Assembly (NCBI GenBank): GCA_965221105.1
Contig: OZ244871.1
Location: forward strand, 188,924-252,923
DNA from: Pseudomonadales bacterium
GTDB taxonomy: Bacteria; Pseudomonadota; Gammaproteobacteria; Pseudomonadales; GM7GCV1
Direction of reading: 5' to 3'
DNA length: 64,000 nt
The notes under the pieces are model-generated. The model saw only the letters and a list, made by a program, of their open reading frames with translations. It had not been told where the DNA came from and did not search any database. Shown piece by piece: positions 1 through 10,208 of the stretch. Position 1 is the first letter of the stretch. The number at the start of each line of letters is the position of its first letter. Position numbers and translations under genes: made by a program.

Positions 1-91
1 TGATCGTGCTCCATCTACCCGGTCTCCTCCTCACCGAAGATCCCAAGCGCGCCAGGCAAACCGCACGTCATCGCCATCGAAAACGATAGGC

Positions 92-239
92 TCAGACGTC
101 CTGACCTCAGTCGCTTATATTAGAAGCATACAGCCGGATATATGCCTGAAAAACATACATTTTTCCAGTTTTTTGGAGGGAGATAGTGCGCTCTTGGGGT
201 GCTCATATAATCTGAAAGACTATTTCTGGGTGCTCGCCG
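92..239 (+). mobile_element. Left-end stub of an unclassified IS-like family ('T-terminus' family)
   Basis: Begins with TCAGACGTCCTGACCTC (92-108). The same 17-mer, with 1-2 changes, recurs in left-end orientation at 14828, 37917 and 57114, and in right-end orientation at 5211-5227, 15288-15304 and 32024-32040. The next bases (AGTCGCT) are shared with the 57114 copy. It is cut off by the IS21-like end at ~240. Confidence 0.35.
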
Positions 240-950
240 TGCAGACACCCCAAATACAACTGCGTATTCCGGTAAAACTGGACAGTGATTCCGGCCTAAA
301 GTGGACAGCTGATCCGGTGTACAACGGACAGTCGTCGGAGCGCAGCGACGCGGGGGTGTCATTATGATCACAAGTGTCCAGTTTGGGTCAAGCCTGTGTG
401 GCGTTTTCGCATGGATTCTCCAGTCAGATGTATCTTGTGGGCGTTGTGGACGAGGCGATCCAGGATGGCATCGGCCAGGGTCGGATCATCGATGAGTTCA
501 TGCCAGTGATCGACCGGGAACTGGCTGGTAACCAGGGTGGAGTGCACACTGTAGCGGTCGTCCAACAGTTCGAGTACATCCCGCCGGTGTTCGTCCTTGA
601 GCCGGGTGCCGTCCTAATCGGTCAGATCATTCCAGTGAGCGATCATGCCGTGGAGTTTGGGACCGGTGGCGCACACTTTCAGACTATCCAAACCGGCGGG
701 GTCAGTCGGTGTCGTCATGGGCTCTCTCCGAGTGTGTCGGGTGCGACCTGTTGCGTACCATGCCCGATATCACTGCGGTCTACTCTGCCAGCGTGGCGGA
801 CCGTACCACAATGTTATGAGCCTTCTCAGGCAGTGGGAGTTTCAGCAAGGATTCGCGCTCCCGCTCAAAGACCTCGTGTACTGTCAGGTCAGAATCTTCC
901 CGGCACTTGGGGTGAAAATCACACCGGAGACAGATAGGACATACACCTGA
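240..950 (-). mobile_element. IS21-family remnant (terminal repeat region, istB stub, istA 3' stub)
   Basis: GGACAG occurs at 280, 303 and 326 (23-bp spacing), like the reiterated terminal repeats of IS21-type ends. An IstB C-terminal block is translated on the minus strand. There is no intact istA. Confidence 0.6.
368..720 (-). pseudogene. istB: IstB-like ATP-binding helper protein, internally deleted with an in-frame stop
   Basis: The minus-strand translation reads [104 protein letters not shown]. The Walker A/B core is missing. Confidence 0.65.
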
Positions 951-968
951 CAGTCGCCGCTTCCGGAT

Positions 969-2210
969 TTACCGCTCAGTCTTCTTAAAGAGAATTGTTT
1001 TCAGGTGGTCCTCTGTCGATTCAAACACTGGTTCGTTTCGGTTTTCGCTTTTCATAAGAGGTACTACTTTTGTACGCACACCCATACCTCTTGCTTCGAC
1101 ATATCCAAAATCCTTCAATATATCAACAATGAGTACATTTCGAGGCGATCGCTGACCCGCTATCATTTTCTCAACAGTCATCGAGTTCTGCATGGCACCC
1201 GGGCTCATCACTTCGAGACGATCTGAGTAGCACGTAATCTCAATGTCCGTAAAGCGCGTCCAGTCACGATGGACGATTGCATTGACCACAATTTCCCTGA
1301 CTGCCTCAATCGGGTAGTGCCACATTTTTTCCCGCTTCATACCCTCATCAATAGTCTTGCTTTCCTCAGAGATAAACGGCTTCAGCCTTTGAATGACACC
1401 TTCGACAATGCCACCTGATACAAATTTTCGTTCACCTTCAGGTTCCAATTTCCAGTGACCAACCATTGGCATATCCAGTACCTCATCCAACACCGCCCGG
1501 TACGCTCTATCTGCTCCTTCAAATACCATCAATCTGACGCCAGCTTGTCTAAGATGTCTTCTGGGTCTATATCCAAACAAAAGTAATCCGGCCATTGTGC
1601 ATACAGGTGCAGCACCGACTTTATTGATGAGGAACCCTAAATCAAGCAGGCGGCGTATCCATCCCTCTTCAGAGGACGGGAAGCCTGGATCCTCCATAAC
1701 ATTTTTAATGTAATCCTCAACTCTTTCTATGTGCAGAGATTCAATAGAAGTACCTGAAACAGGAAGCGTTTCAGCATGAAGCATTCCCCCTACTTCAAAT
1801 AGGCGGGCCTGCTGCTCTCGGGTAGCCAATCTTGAAGTACTGCCAACTCGTATGAATATTTCTTCTCGATCAGAGTGGCGACGTACGTAGGGTTTAGATA
1901 TCCCTTGCTCAAAAGATACAATGGCAACCCGTTTAACATCGTCTACCTGAATTTCCTGATAGGACGGAAGAATCAGCGGATGAATCTTGCGTGCAACCAC
2001 ACCATCCATTATCCATTCTTCAAGGTCTTCTCTTTGAATTCCGCCGATTTCACCGTCATCTTCAACACCAAGGAGAATCATCCCACCACGGTGATTAACC
2101 ATAGCAACTATCTCCTTGGCTAGCTGCTCCGGCCGACAATCATCGCGCTTGAATTCCACACCAGAGTTCTCTCCATTACTGATGACTTCAAGCAAATCTG
2201 TCTTCAACAT
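969..2210 (-). CDS. AlbA_2 (Schlafen-like) + HATPase_c_4-like + wHTH protein (often annotated 'putative DNA-binding / RecG-like')
   Basis: ORF 969..2507 is trimmed to Met100 (ATG at 2210) because the upstream part overlaps the 3' end of the preceding gene. Motifs: NSGVEFKRDD...GGMILLGVEDDGEIGGI (N-terminal) and AVREIVVNAIVHRDW...LEVMSPG (C-terminal). It lies 25 bp downstream of 2236..4872 on the same strand. Confidence 0.8.
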   Translation of the reverse strand: MLKTDLLEVISNGENSGVEFKRDDCRPEQLAKEIVAMVNHRGGMILLGVEDDGEIGGIQREDLEEWIMDGVVARKIHPLILPSYQEIQVDDVKRVAIVSFEQGISKPYVRRHSDREEIFIRVGSTSRLATREQQARLFEVGGMLHAETLPVSGTSIESLHIERVEDYIKNVMEDPGFPSSEEGWIRRLLDLGFLINKVGAAPVCTMAGLLLFGYRPRRHLRQAGVRLMVFEGADRAYRAVLDEVLDMPMVGHWKLEPEGERKFVSGGIVEGVIQRLKPFISEESKTIDEGMKREKMWHYPIEAVREIVVNAIVHRDWTRFTDIEITCYSDRLEVMSPGAMQNSMTVEKMIAGQRSPRNVLIVDILKDFGYVEARGMGVRTKVVPLMKSENRNEPVFESTEDHLKTILFKKTER

Positions 2211-2235
2211 AAATGCACTCTGGTACTCGTAACGA

Positions 2236-4872
2236 CTAAAACCCGTATTTTTCCTTACGCTGCACAAACGCAGTTCTGCCGCCCTCGAGGATGTCTGCTG
2301 CACTTTCTCGAATATTTGCGAGGTCAATGGAGCCCTGATGCTCCGCTGGCAAGTTCGCTTTTGAATCCAACACACTAAAGACACCAATCCACTCCGCGTC
2401 TCCAAAGACTGGTATATTTGCATTGTGGGTGGCAAACAAAAATTGCCGCTTGAGTTTCGCATCCCGTAACTCGACGACAATACGGTCTGCAATAAACGCA
2501 TTATCAAGATTGTCTTCGGGCTGATCGAGAATCAAGGGATCTCTGTTGTCAAGAAGTAAAAGATGTAAGATTGCCGTGCACTGCTGACCCGTCGACACAC
2601 GACCAAGTAAGCGGTAATTTTCTTTCCCTGCATGCGATACATTCAATTCAATGTTCACTGTATCTTTCAGTTCAAGAGTCTCCAACTCATAGAGTTGCGC
2701 TGATGTACATCGATACAATGCAGCAGCGACTGAAGGGGTAATGCCCCAGCTCATGGCTTGCAGCACATCACTGCCTTCCCGGATTGCTTGTGCGAGGGAA
2801 ATCGGGCTCAAGTCCGCTGCCTTATCGACCCAAGCCAACCGTTTCTCACCGATGCCATCAAGCTTTTGCAGGAATCCTTTCAGTTTTGAGCGCTCCCCTT
2901 CAGGATCCATTGATATCCTCAATTTTCCAGCAAGGCGTTTATTCAAATTTTTAAGTACCACTTGCACTTCTTTCGTGCGTCTGGCGCGACTGTCTGACAA
3001 CTCTGCCAAAAGATTGGCTCGCTGCTGCAGAAGTTCCAGCTTCAGTTTCTGCTGATGCTCGAGTTGAGACCTCAAGGGTTTGGTTGCTTCAATTTCCTTC
3101 AGCAACCGCTGGTACGTCAGCCCTATTTCACGACCACTCTTCCCCTCCGACTCTGGCAGCTCCTTAAAGGCCTCTACTAACTCCCCTTCTCTCTGTTTAA
3201 TTGAGGTACAAAGCTTATCGCTCAAATTGTTAACGTCTTGCCGCGCTTCATTGAATCTCTCGTCTGTTGACTTCAGCGACATCTCCACTTTCTGCTTTAG
3301 GTTGGCCAAAACCTCTCTCAACTCCTTCAGCAGATCACGGTCAGGCAATCCGTCTAGTGCTTTATCACTCAGAAAAACCAAATCAGGCAAATCTTCACGC
3401 AGCTGCTGAAGTGACGCCCCCACACGATCAAGTTCTTCTTCAACCCGTTTCCGAAGATTTTTCTCACGCTCAAGCAGGGGTGTAATTTCCAATGTATTTT
3501 CCAGACCCAGCGCTTTACATTGTCGTGCCTGTTCTTCTAAACGTGGAAGCAGCGCTACCCTCATTTCAATTTCTTCGATAGCATCTTCTGCCTTCAACAA
3601 TTTGTCCTTGTTTGCCAGCAGTTTTTTTTGAATCTCTCCTAATTTCTCCTGACCTTTGGTTTTTTCGGCGGGCAAAAACCTTTCCAATAGCCGAAACTGG
3701 CTTTCACGATCCTGGGCTATTTCATATATTTCGTTCTGACCATAGATTTCAATCCTTGGGAGAAGATCCAATGGCCGAAAATTCGACACATTACCGCTAT
3801 CGTCCCGAACAATCGCGCCTTCCCCATAGCGGCGCGAAATTATGTACCGATTTCCATGAAAGGCTGAAGATCGAACCGTCAGTTCCACTCGTCCTCTTTC
3901 TTTCCCCAGATTCTCCTTCAGTATCTCCTCATGCTGTCTTCTGGCGTCCTTTCCCTTGGGGAGAGTTTCTAATGCATAACGTATACACTCGAGTAATGTA
4001 GATTTTCCTGTTCCTCGTCCGCCAATGACTGTATTCAGATGTTCGGAAAGTAGAATTTCAATCCCATCAAGATACCCGCCATCAAACCTGATACTTTCAA
4101 TTTTTGAGAAATACTCCTTCGGAACATCTGTATGAAGTCGAACCCGAGAATCCGGGTCCAGAAAAGCCATCTTGAACGACTCAAAACAGGGACGGGTCAT
4201 CTTAATCAGGCATGAGGCTTCAGGCTTCTTCAGGTCATCAGGCTTCGCTACGTCCTGTGCATTGATTATTACGATTGGATGCTCACGCTGATAAGCATCA
4301 TTTTCATTCATCACAATACTTTTAAATTTTTCTGGTAGCGCACTGACAGAGCCGGGTATTTGTGCAGCCTTCAGTTCTCGCGAACACCACACATGATTGA
4401 GCTTTTTTTTCAAAACACCACTGTCACTGGTAACGTGTGCTGCAAAGCAAAAACCACCTAAATTGTTAGCACACTGTATCAACTCTTCTGCACCTAAGCC
4501 CGATGGCCTTACTCCATCTTGTGGATCAACCAGGCCCAGCTTCCCAAGGTAGCGATTAAGTTGAGTTGTCGTTACATTTTCCGGGAACAGGCATACAAAA
4601 TGAGCTTTCTCTGTGGATGAGACCTCAAATCCCGGGAATACAGTAATGCCGCTTCCACTAAACAAATTGCGAATGTCATCTATAGTGTCCACATTGCCAT
4701 GATTTGCTAAACCCACGACCTTAATATCTTCCTGCAGACATATCTCCAGTAGCTGTTGGTTGTATTCTTTTTCTGACATTCCATGATCCTGGCCTCGATA
4801 AGATATGTATCCTGAGGGGTTTACTTGCAGGGCACATTTCCAGAACCGTGCAAAAGTGTGGCATTCCATCAT
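2236..4872 (-). CDS. PHP-like N-terminal domain fused to a Rad50/SbcC/SMC-like coiled-coil ABC ATPase
   Basis: 878 aa. The N-terminal ~270 aa show a PHP-like pattern (GLANHGN, FPGFEVSS, HFVCLFP, FAAHVTSDSG). This is followed by Walker A GGRGTGKST and ~300 aa of charged heptad-rich sequence. Then come the signature-like STGQQ, Walker B PLILDQPEDNLD, and FLFATHNANIPVFGDAE. Confidence 0.85.
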   Translation of the reverse strand: MMECHTFARFWKCALQVNPSGYISYRGQDHGMSEKEYNQQLLEICLQEDIKVVGLANHGNVDTIDDIRNLFSGSGITVFPGFEVSSTEKAHFVCLFPENVTTTQLNRYLGKLGLVDPQDGVRPSGLGAEELIQCANNLGGFCFAAHVTSDSGVLKKKLNHVWCSRELKAAQIPGSVSALPEKFKSIVMNENDAYQREHPIVIINAQDVAKPDDLKKPEASCLIKMTRPCFESFKMAFLDPDSRVRLHTDVPKEYFSKIESIRFDGGYLDGIEILLSEHLNTVIGGRGTGKSTLLECIRYALETLPKGKDARRQHEEILKENLGKERGRVELTVRSSAFHGNRYIISRRYGEGAIVRDDSGNVSNFRPLDLLPRIEIYGQNEIYEIAQDRESQFRLLERFLPAEKTKGQEKLGEIQKKLLANKDKLLKAEDAIEEIEMRVALLPRLEEQARQCKALGLENTLEITPLLEREKNLRKRVEEELDRVGASLQQLREDLPDLVFLSDKALDGLPDRDLLKELREVLANLKQKVEMSLKSTDERFNEARQDVNNLSDKLCTSIKQREGELVEAFKELPESEGKSGREIGLTYQRLLKEIEATKPLRSQLEHQQKLKLELLQQRANLLAELSDSRARRTKEVQVVLKNLNKRLAGKLRISMDPEGERSKLKGFLQKLDGIGEKRLAWVDKAADLSPISLAQAIREGSDVLQAMSWGITPSVAAALYRCTSAQLYELETLELKDTVNIELNVSHAGKENYRLLGRVSTGQQCTAILHLLLLDNRDPLILDQPEDNLDNAFIADRIVVELRDAKLKRQFLFATHNANIPVFGDAEWIGVFSVLDSKANLPAEHQGSIDLANIRESAADILEGGRTAFVQRKEKYGF

Positions 4873-5194
4873 TTAGCTGCCTCAGAATTCTGTGTAAGCT
4901 TTATTTTCTACTTTTTGTGCGGATTGAGTAACCGGATCCGGTGGAAGGTTTATAGAGCTACATGACTAGGATTTACGATTTTCTTGTTGCCTGAGTCAAG
5001 CATGGAAGTCCTCAGGGGGCATGGATTTGGACCGCTTCTGGCAGGCCTCCTATGGCTCATCATACTCCTCCTGTTTCGCTAACCCAAATTCAGGTGCCCA
5101 GTTGCTCTGCTCTGCTGCTGGATCTGATGTACTGGCGCAAGTCGAGTGTATCTCAAATGCAGTTTGTACAGAAAGGTCAGAACGTTCCGGAGCA

Positions 5195-5227
5195 CCTGAA
5201 GTCAGGTCACGAGGTCAGGATATCTGA
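5195..5227 (+). repeat. Right-end inverted repeat of the T-terminus IS family (solo end)
   Basis: CCTGAAGTCAGGTCACGAGGTCAGGATATCTGA is the reverse complement, with 3 changes, of the left end at 37917-37949. Confidence 0.5.
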
Positions 5228-5382
5228 TCTCTGTGACCGCCGGTTTATTGCGCGGCACCCGCCAAGGACACAACCATCAGAACAACAAGCGTGCTGGCTT
5301 ACAAGAAACCCAATGCTCCAAAGACCAAGGCCAAATGACCAATGTGCCGGTGAATTCGGCAGTTTTAATCGAATGTGTCGGC

Positions 5383-5619
5383 TCACCAATCCAATCGGTA
5401 TACACTCCAAACACTGCCCGCAACATACTGGCCACCCGGATTGCCATCACAGTGAGCGCCGCACTCTCTGCGCCGCTGAACCTCAAGGTCGTTTGCTTGT
5501 TGGTAAGTCAGGCCGGACTGGAGGATAGTATGCCTTGCGTGGGAAGGTACCGTTCCGTCGTCATTCGGCTCTTTGATTCGTGCGGCAACATTGGTCGCCA
5601 TTCCAATTCGACAGCTCAT
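5383..5619 (-). CDS. Small hypothetical protein with GIY-YIG-like core motif
   Basis: 78 aa. RIGMATNVAARIKE...LTYQQANDLEVQ...WSVYRLDW resembles a widespread small-protein family. There is no clear RBS. Confidence 0.3.
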   Translation of the reverse strand: MSCRIGMATNVAARIKEPNDDGTVPSHARHTILQSGLTYQQANDLEVQRRRECGAHCDGNPGGQYVAGSVWSVYRLDW

Positions 5620-5904
5620 ATTTTACTTCTTATGGTAATGGGTGGATGTTGATAGCCGTTTCGTGGTTCTTGGGCGGTTATGAGGTAGATTAAACCTAGT
5701 TGAAAATTTTACCGTAGTTCGAAGGATAGCAACATAGGAATGTATGAAAAGCTCCTGACCCGGGTGGTTCAATCCGGGCAATACTGTGGCCCTATTGGCA
5801 GCGGGCTCATTTGTCAATGTGCTGGTGTTAGGTGGCTCTACGCTAAAGAATTTTGATAGTATCATCGCTGTCTTCGGCCCATTGACGGGAGCCATGACGG
5901 GATT

Positions 5905-6552
5905 CTATTTTGCTAACCGTTCTGCTACACCAAATAATGCAGCACACAGAAATAAGGCTGATTTAAGCGGCGATTGAAATCGTTCCGCAAGTACTGGAAA
6001 GCCATATCCGGCTATGAGCCGTGGAAGGTTCGTTTCGTGAGCTCTCTCTGGATCAGCGAGCACACACTCCCCAACCCCAAGTCGACCCAATAACTCAGCC
6101 AGTACTGAGCCGGCACCACCCAACCCGATTATGCCGACACCTGTGCGTTTCAGCAGATCCTGGTCGGCATCCCCGAACAGACGGCTCTGGCGGTCATACA
6201 TTCCCACCGCGACTGCTCGCTCCTCCGGCCTGGGAAACAACTCCCGACGGCGACGACCTACAATGACCGCGTGGCTCAGCTGCCCACGCTCGCACCCCGG
6301 AAACCAAAGGTCTCCGGCTACTGCCGACCGCGCGAAGACCAGTGCGCCTACCGGCATGCCCCGTGCAATGTCGAGTAATGCTGGGTATCCCCTTTCATGC
6401 GACGCCATATCAGGTCCAGAAAACCCGACCGAATCAGCGCCGCCATGGTTGTGTATCGCAAGATAGGCAAGCCGACGATCTCTCGCTCGTAATATCCTGC
6501 CTTGTATGAATTCCGCCTTCAGCATTCGGCAGTCCCCTTTTGCCGGGCACAT
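5905..6552 (-). pseudogene. JAB/MPN-like peptidase fused to ThiF/E1-like adenylyltransferase, truncated at both ends
   Basis: HNHGGADSVGFSGPDMASHE (JAB-type H-x-H...S..D) is followed by YDRQSRLFGDADQDLLKRTGVGIIGLGGAGSVLAELLGRLGVGECVLADPERAHETNLPR (E1 Rossmann start). The sequence becomes unrelated after ~6020. A stop lies directly upstream of 6552. Confidence 0.55.
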
Positions 6553-6819
6553 CGAGTGCTCACACGTGGCGACCGCCAGGGGCCAGGTGCGTCCGGACCC
6601 TGCTCATCCGGTCAATAATCAGTCACAGAGACCGAAATGTGCGCTGCTGGCAGTTCACACCATCGACTCGATCCTGTGCATCGTGCTGTATGATCGAAAT
6701 TGAAGCCGCGCATGAGTATTTTTTTAAGCTGGTGAGAAATGCCGGCTCGGGATCTATTTTCACTACCTATCTCATGCTGCCTATCTCATAAAAAGTGACG
6801 ACAGAGTGCGTGTTCTTTT

Positions 6820-7440
6820 TCAGACTGGGGAACTGCGCTGTTTGATGCAGTCGTGCATGGACGGGATGGGTACTGTGAGGTTGCCTGTGCCGTCTTTCTG
6901 GAGTACGCCACGATGGATAAGCGTGTCAAATGCGTCTTCGGCGGGGAGGGTTTTTTCAAGAAGTCGTTCGTTTGCATAGGCACGTTCAACGGCCTTATGG
7001 ATTTCGAGTTCACTCACACCGCCGCCTTTTGGCACTGTCGTGACAAGCTCGTATAAGAGGGGATCAGGAATAGTCTCTGCCCGACGCATGTAATAATGTT
7101 CTCTGCGAGCTTGCGACCGGTGCTGTATCGCATTGATGTCACATTCGGCGAGTTGTCCGTTGACCCTGATCAGTTCTTCGCTGATGGCGTGTAGGGTGTT
7201 GGTGAGATGTTGGGGCGCCAAAGGATTCGTTGATGACGAGTTGTTGGAGGAGCGTAGTGCCGCACCCACGCCCATCAATACAGAAGTCTTCGTTGTTCAG
7301 AAATGCTTCAAGTGAAGCAATCACTTCTTGTTCGTGAAGTGGTTGAAGTGTTTCTGTGTTGCTATACGATAATCTGGAAATACCAAGCCGGTCCAACGTT
7401 ACATATGTGTTACTCAAGCCGCCTGCAACCAGAAACACCT
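6820..7440 (-). pseudogene. Remnant of an unidentified gene (frameshifted, 5' end removed by the IS30 fragment)
   Basis: Two overlapping minus-strand ORFs (6820..7278 and 7139..7738) read through each other around 7140-7280. The upstream part is antisense to IS30-like sequence. Confidence 0.3.
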
Positions 7441-7725
7441 TCCCTGCATCGCCACGCTGCTGCAGAGTGGTCTGTCGAAGCGGGCGATTGCCCGCGAGCT
7501 GGACCGGGATTTCGGCATGATCTCCCGTGAGGTCTCGCGCACCCCTGGGCAGCGGAGCGAGCGGCCCACGCAGGCCTAAGACAGGGTGGCGACCCGGCGC
7601 CATGATGCCTCGGCGGTTCCCTGGACGATGACGCCTGAGCGCTGGGGGTGGTTGAGGACAGGCTGCATGAGGGATGGAGTCCGGAACAAATCGCGGGCCG
7701 CTCATGGCCGGGTTTGCGGCTGATG
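7420..7725 (+). pseudogene. IS30-family transposase N-terminal fragment (frameshifted)
   Basis: NQKHLPCIATLLQSGLSKRAIARELDRDFGMISREVSR is an HTH typical of IS30 transposases. ..HEGWSPEQIAGR.. appears in another frame at 7660-7700. There is no DDE region. Confidence 0.55.
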
Positions 7726-7767
7726 CTATGATGATCACCCGCTGTGCTATTGTGCTATACTCGCCCG

Positions 7768-8016
7768 ATGACTGAGCATGAACTCTCGGAGCGGATCGCC
7801 CGACTGGAGGAACGCATGAAGACCAACCAGGCCGAGTATAAGACAGACATTGCGCGGCTGGCCGAAGCTATGGCCAGGCGCGACGCCGAATTGGCCAAAA
7901 ACGCACAGGACAACCAGCGGTGGACTGTCGGCTTTGGCATTGCACAGATCGTGTTGATGCTCTCAGTGCTGGGCGCAGGCTTCGCGTTCCTCGGTATCCT
8001 GATCAGCTCCCCGTAG
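7768..8016 (+). CDS. Small tail-anchored coiled-coil membrane protein, paralogue 1 (XhlA/DUF1640-like architecture)
   Basis: MTEHELSERIARLEERMKT... plus the C-terminal TM segment WTVGFGIAQIVLMLSVLGAGFAFLGILI. The start is set at the conserved ATG, not the GTG of the ORF track. Confidence 0.6.
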   Translation: MTEHELSERIARLEERMKTNQAEYKTDIARLAEAMARRDAELAKNAQDNQRWTVGFGIAQIVLMLSVLGAGFAFLGILISSP

Positions 8017-8708
8017 AGCACTCAACAATAATGGTGCACTGCGCTGCGGATTCTATCAGCAGCACCCAGCCATCTTGTATTTCTATTTGACACGCATGCA
8101 CAGCAGCCAGTGACTATGCATAACAGCAGGGTACTGATTGTGGGCACACCTCTCACAAAGAACCCGTGATTACGCCAATTTATATCAACCTTGATGGGGG
8201 CAGCGCCTCCAGAGGCTGGCTCTCCTGTTACGAATTCACTTCAGAGCGGTGAGTGCAATCTGATCAGCGCGGCACAGTGTGGATACCAAAGTGCCCAGTG
8301 CGGCGTAAAACATATATGACCCGCCCCGGTATGTCCTTATCAGTTGATCGACCTCGACGGTGAATACCCTCAGGGTCTCCATCGGGTCTGTGAACTTCTC
8401 AGGTTCTCACTCTGGCGGTGTGCCGTGTCTGCCATCACGATTCAGTACTCTCACGCACCCCTGGTGGGTTCAACTCGTATGCGCTGCTCTACGCTGCGCT
8501 ATCTGATTGATACTCTGGGTCGGGAACCGGGTTCCCGATCCCCCTATGCCTCGGCAGTTCCCTGGACGATGACGCCTGAGCGCTGGGGGTGGTTGAGGAC
8601 AGGCTGCATGAGGGATGGAGTCCGGAACAGATCGCGGGCCGCTCATGGCCGGGTTTGCGGCTGATGCTATGATGATCACCCGCTGTGCTATTGTGCTATA
8701 CTCGCCCG

Positions 8709-8936
8709 ATGACTGAGCATGAACTCTCGGAGCGGATCGCCCGACTGGAGGAACGCATGAAGACCATGCAAGCCAAGAATGAAAGCGCGCTCGACCGGCT
8801 GCGGGCCGACATATCAAAAAACGCGCAGGACAACCAGCGGTGGACTGTCGGCTTTGGCATTGCGCAGATCGTGTTGATGTTCTCGATGCTGGGCGCGGGC
8901 TTCGCGTTCCTCGGTATCCTGATCGGCTCCCCGTAG
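8709..8936 (+). CDS. Small tail-anchored coiled-coil membrane protein, paralogue 2
   Basis: It has the same N-terminus and TM segment as paralogue 1. The middle is replaced (MQAKNESALDRLRADIS). Confidence 0.6.
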   Translation: MTEHELSERIARLEERMKTMQAKNESALDRLRADISKNAQDNQRWTVGFGIAQIVLMFSMLGAGFAFLGILIGSP

Positions 8937-9730
8937 AGCACTCAACAATAATGGTGCACTGCGCTGCGGATTCTATCAGCAGCGCCCAGCCATCTTGTAT
9001 TTCTATTTGACACGCATGCACAGCAGCCAGTGACTATGCATAACAGCAGGGTACTGATTGTGGGCACACCTCTCACAAAGAACCCGTGATTACGCCGATT
9101 TATATCAACCTTGATGGGGGCAGCGCCTCCAGAGGCTGGCTCTCCTGTTACGAATTCACTTCAGAGCGGTGAGTGCAATCTGATCAGCACGGCACAGTGT
9201 GGATACCAAAGTGCCCAGTGCTGCGTAAAACATATGTGACCCGCCCCGGTGTGCACGAGCACTTTTCGATCTGGAAGAGACGGGCTGCTGCCATATATCC
9301 GACCTGTCAACGGGCTCTCTACGCCCCTGGCCCTGACGGAGAGTCGCACCGGTGTGTCCTTATCAGTTGATCGACCTCGACGGTGAATACCCTCAGGGTC
9401 TCCATCGGGTCTGTGAACTTCTCAGGTTCTCACTCTGGCGGTGTGCCGTGTCTGCCATCACGATTCAGTACTCTCACGCACCCCTGGTGGGTTCAACTCG
9501 GATGCGCTGCTCTACGCTGCGCTATCTGATTGATACTCTGGATCGGGAACCCGGTTCCCGATCCCCCTGCCCCGCCGGTTCCCTGGAAGATGATGCCTGA
9601 GCGCTGGGCGGTGGTTGAGGACGGGCTGCGTGAGGGATGGAGTCCGGAACAGATCGCGGGCCGCTCATGGCCGGGTTTGCGGCTGATGCTATGATGATCA
9701 CCCGCTGTGCTATTGTGCTATACTCGCCCG

Positions 9731-9946
9731 ATGACTGAGCATGAACTCTCGGAGCGGATCGCCCGACTGGAGGAACGCATGAAGACCAACCAGGCCGAGT
9801 ATAAGACAGACATTGCGCGGCTGGCCGAAGACATCGCCAAACGCGACAAGGCGAACATCCAATGGATGATCGGTATGGCGGTGGCTGGCGTGTTGCTGAT
9901 TATCGGTGTCCTGGGGTTTTTGATCCGCTTTCCAACGCCTCACTAG
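9731..9946 (+). CDS. Small tail-anchored coiled-coil membrane protein, paralogue 3 (divergent TM tail)
   Basis: It has the same N-terminus. The tail is DIAKRDKANIQWMIGMAVAGVLLIIGVLGFLIRF. Confidence 0.55.
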   Translation: MTEHELSERIARLEERMKTNQAEYKTDIARLAEDIAKRDKANIQWMIGMAVAGVLLIIGVLGFLIRFPTPH

Positions 9947-9986
9947 GTATCAGCTCTCGGAGCGGATTGCCCGACTGGAGGAACGC

Positions 9987-10208
9987 ATGCAGACCAACCA
10001 GGCCGAGTATAAGACAGACATTGCGCGGCTGGCCGAAGCTATGGCCAGGCGCGACGCCGAATTGGCCAGGCGCGACACCGAATTGGCCAAAAACGCGCAG
10101 GACAACCAGCGGTGGACTGTCGGCTTTGGCATTGCACAGATCGTGTTGATGCTCTCAGTGCTGGGCGCAGGCTTCGCGTTCCTCGGTATCCTGATCAGCT
10201 CCCCGTAG
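9987..10208 (+). CDS. Small membrane protein paralogue 4, 5'-truncated copy abutting paralogue 3
   Basis: Homology starts at ..LSERIARLEERMQT (9952) with no start codon before Met 9987. It carries the internal duplication ARRDAELARRDTEL. Confidence 0.4.
   Translation: MQTNQAEYKTDIARLAEAMARRDAELARRDTELAKNAQDNQRWTVGFGIAQIVLMLSVLGAGFAFLGILISSP

Noticed and set aside
2211-2507. N-terminal 99-codon extension of the AlbA_2 ORF (969..2507)
   Set aside because: It overlaps the 3' end of the 2236..4872 gene in another frame. The recognisable domain starts right after Met100, which leaves a normal 25-bp intergenic gap.
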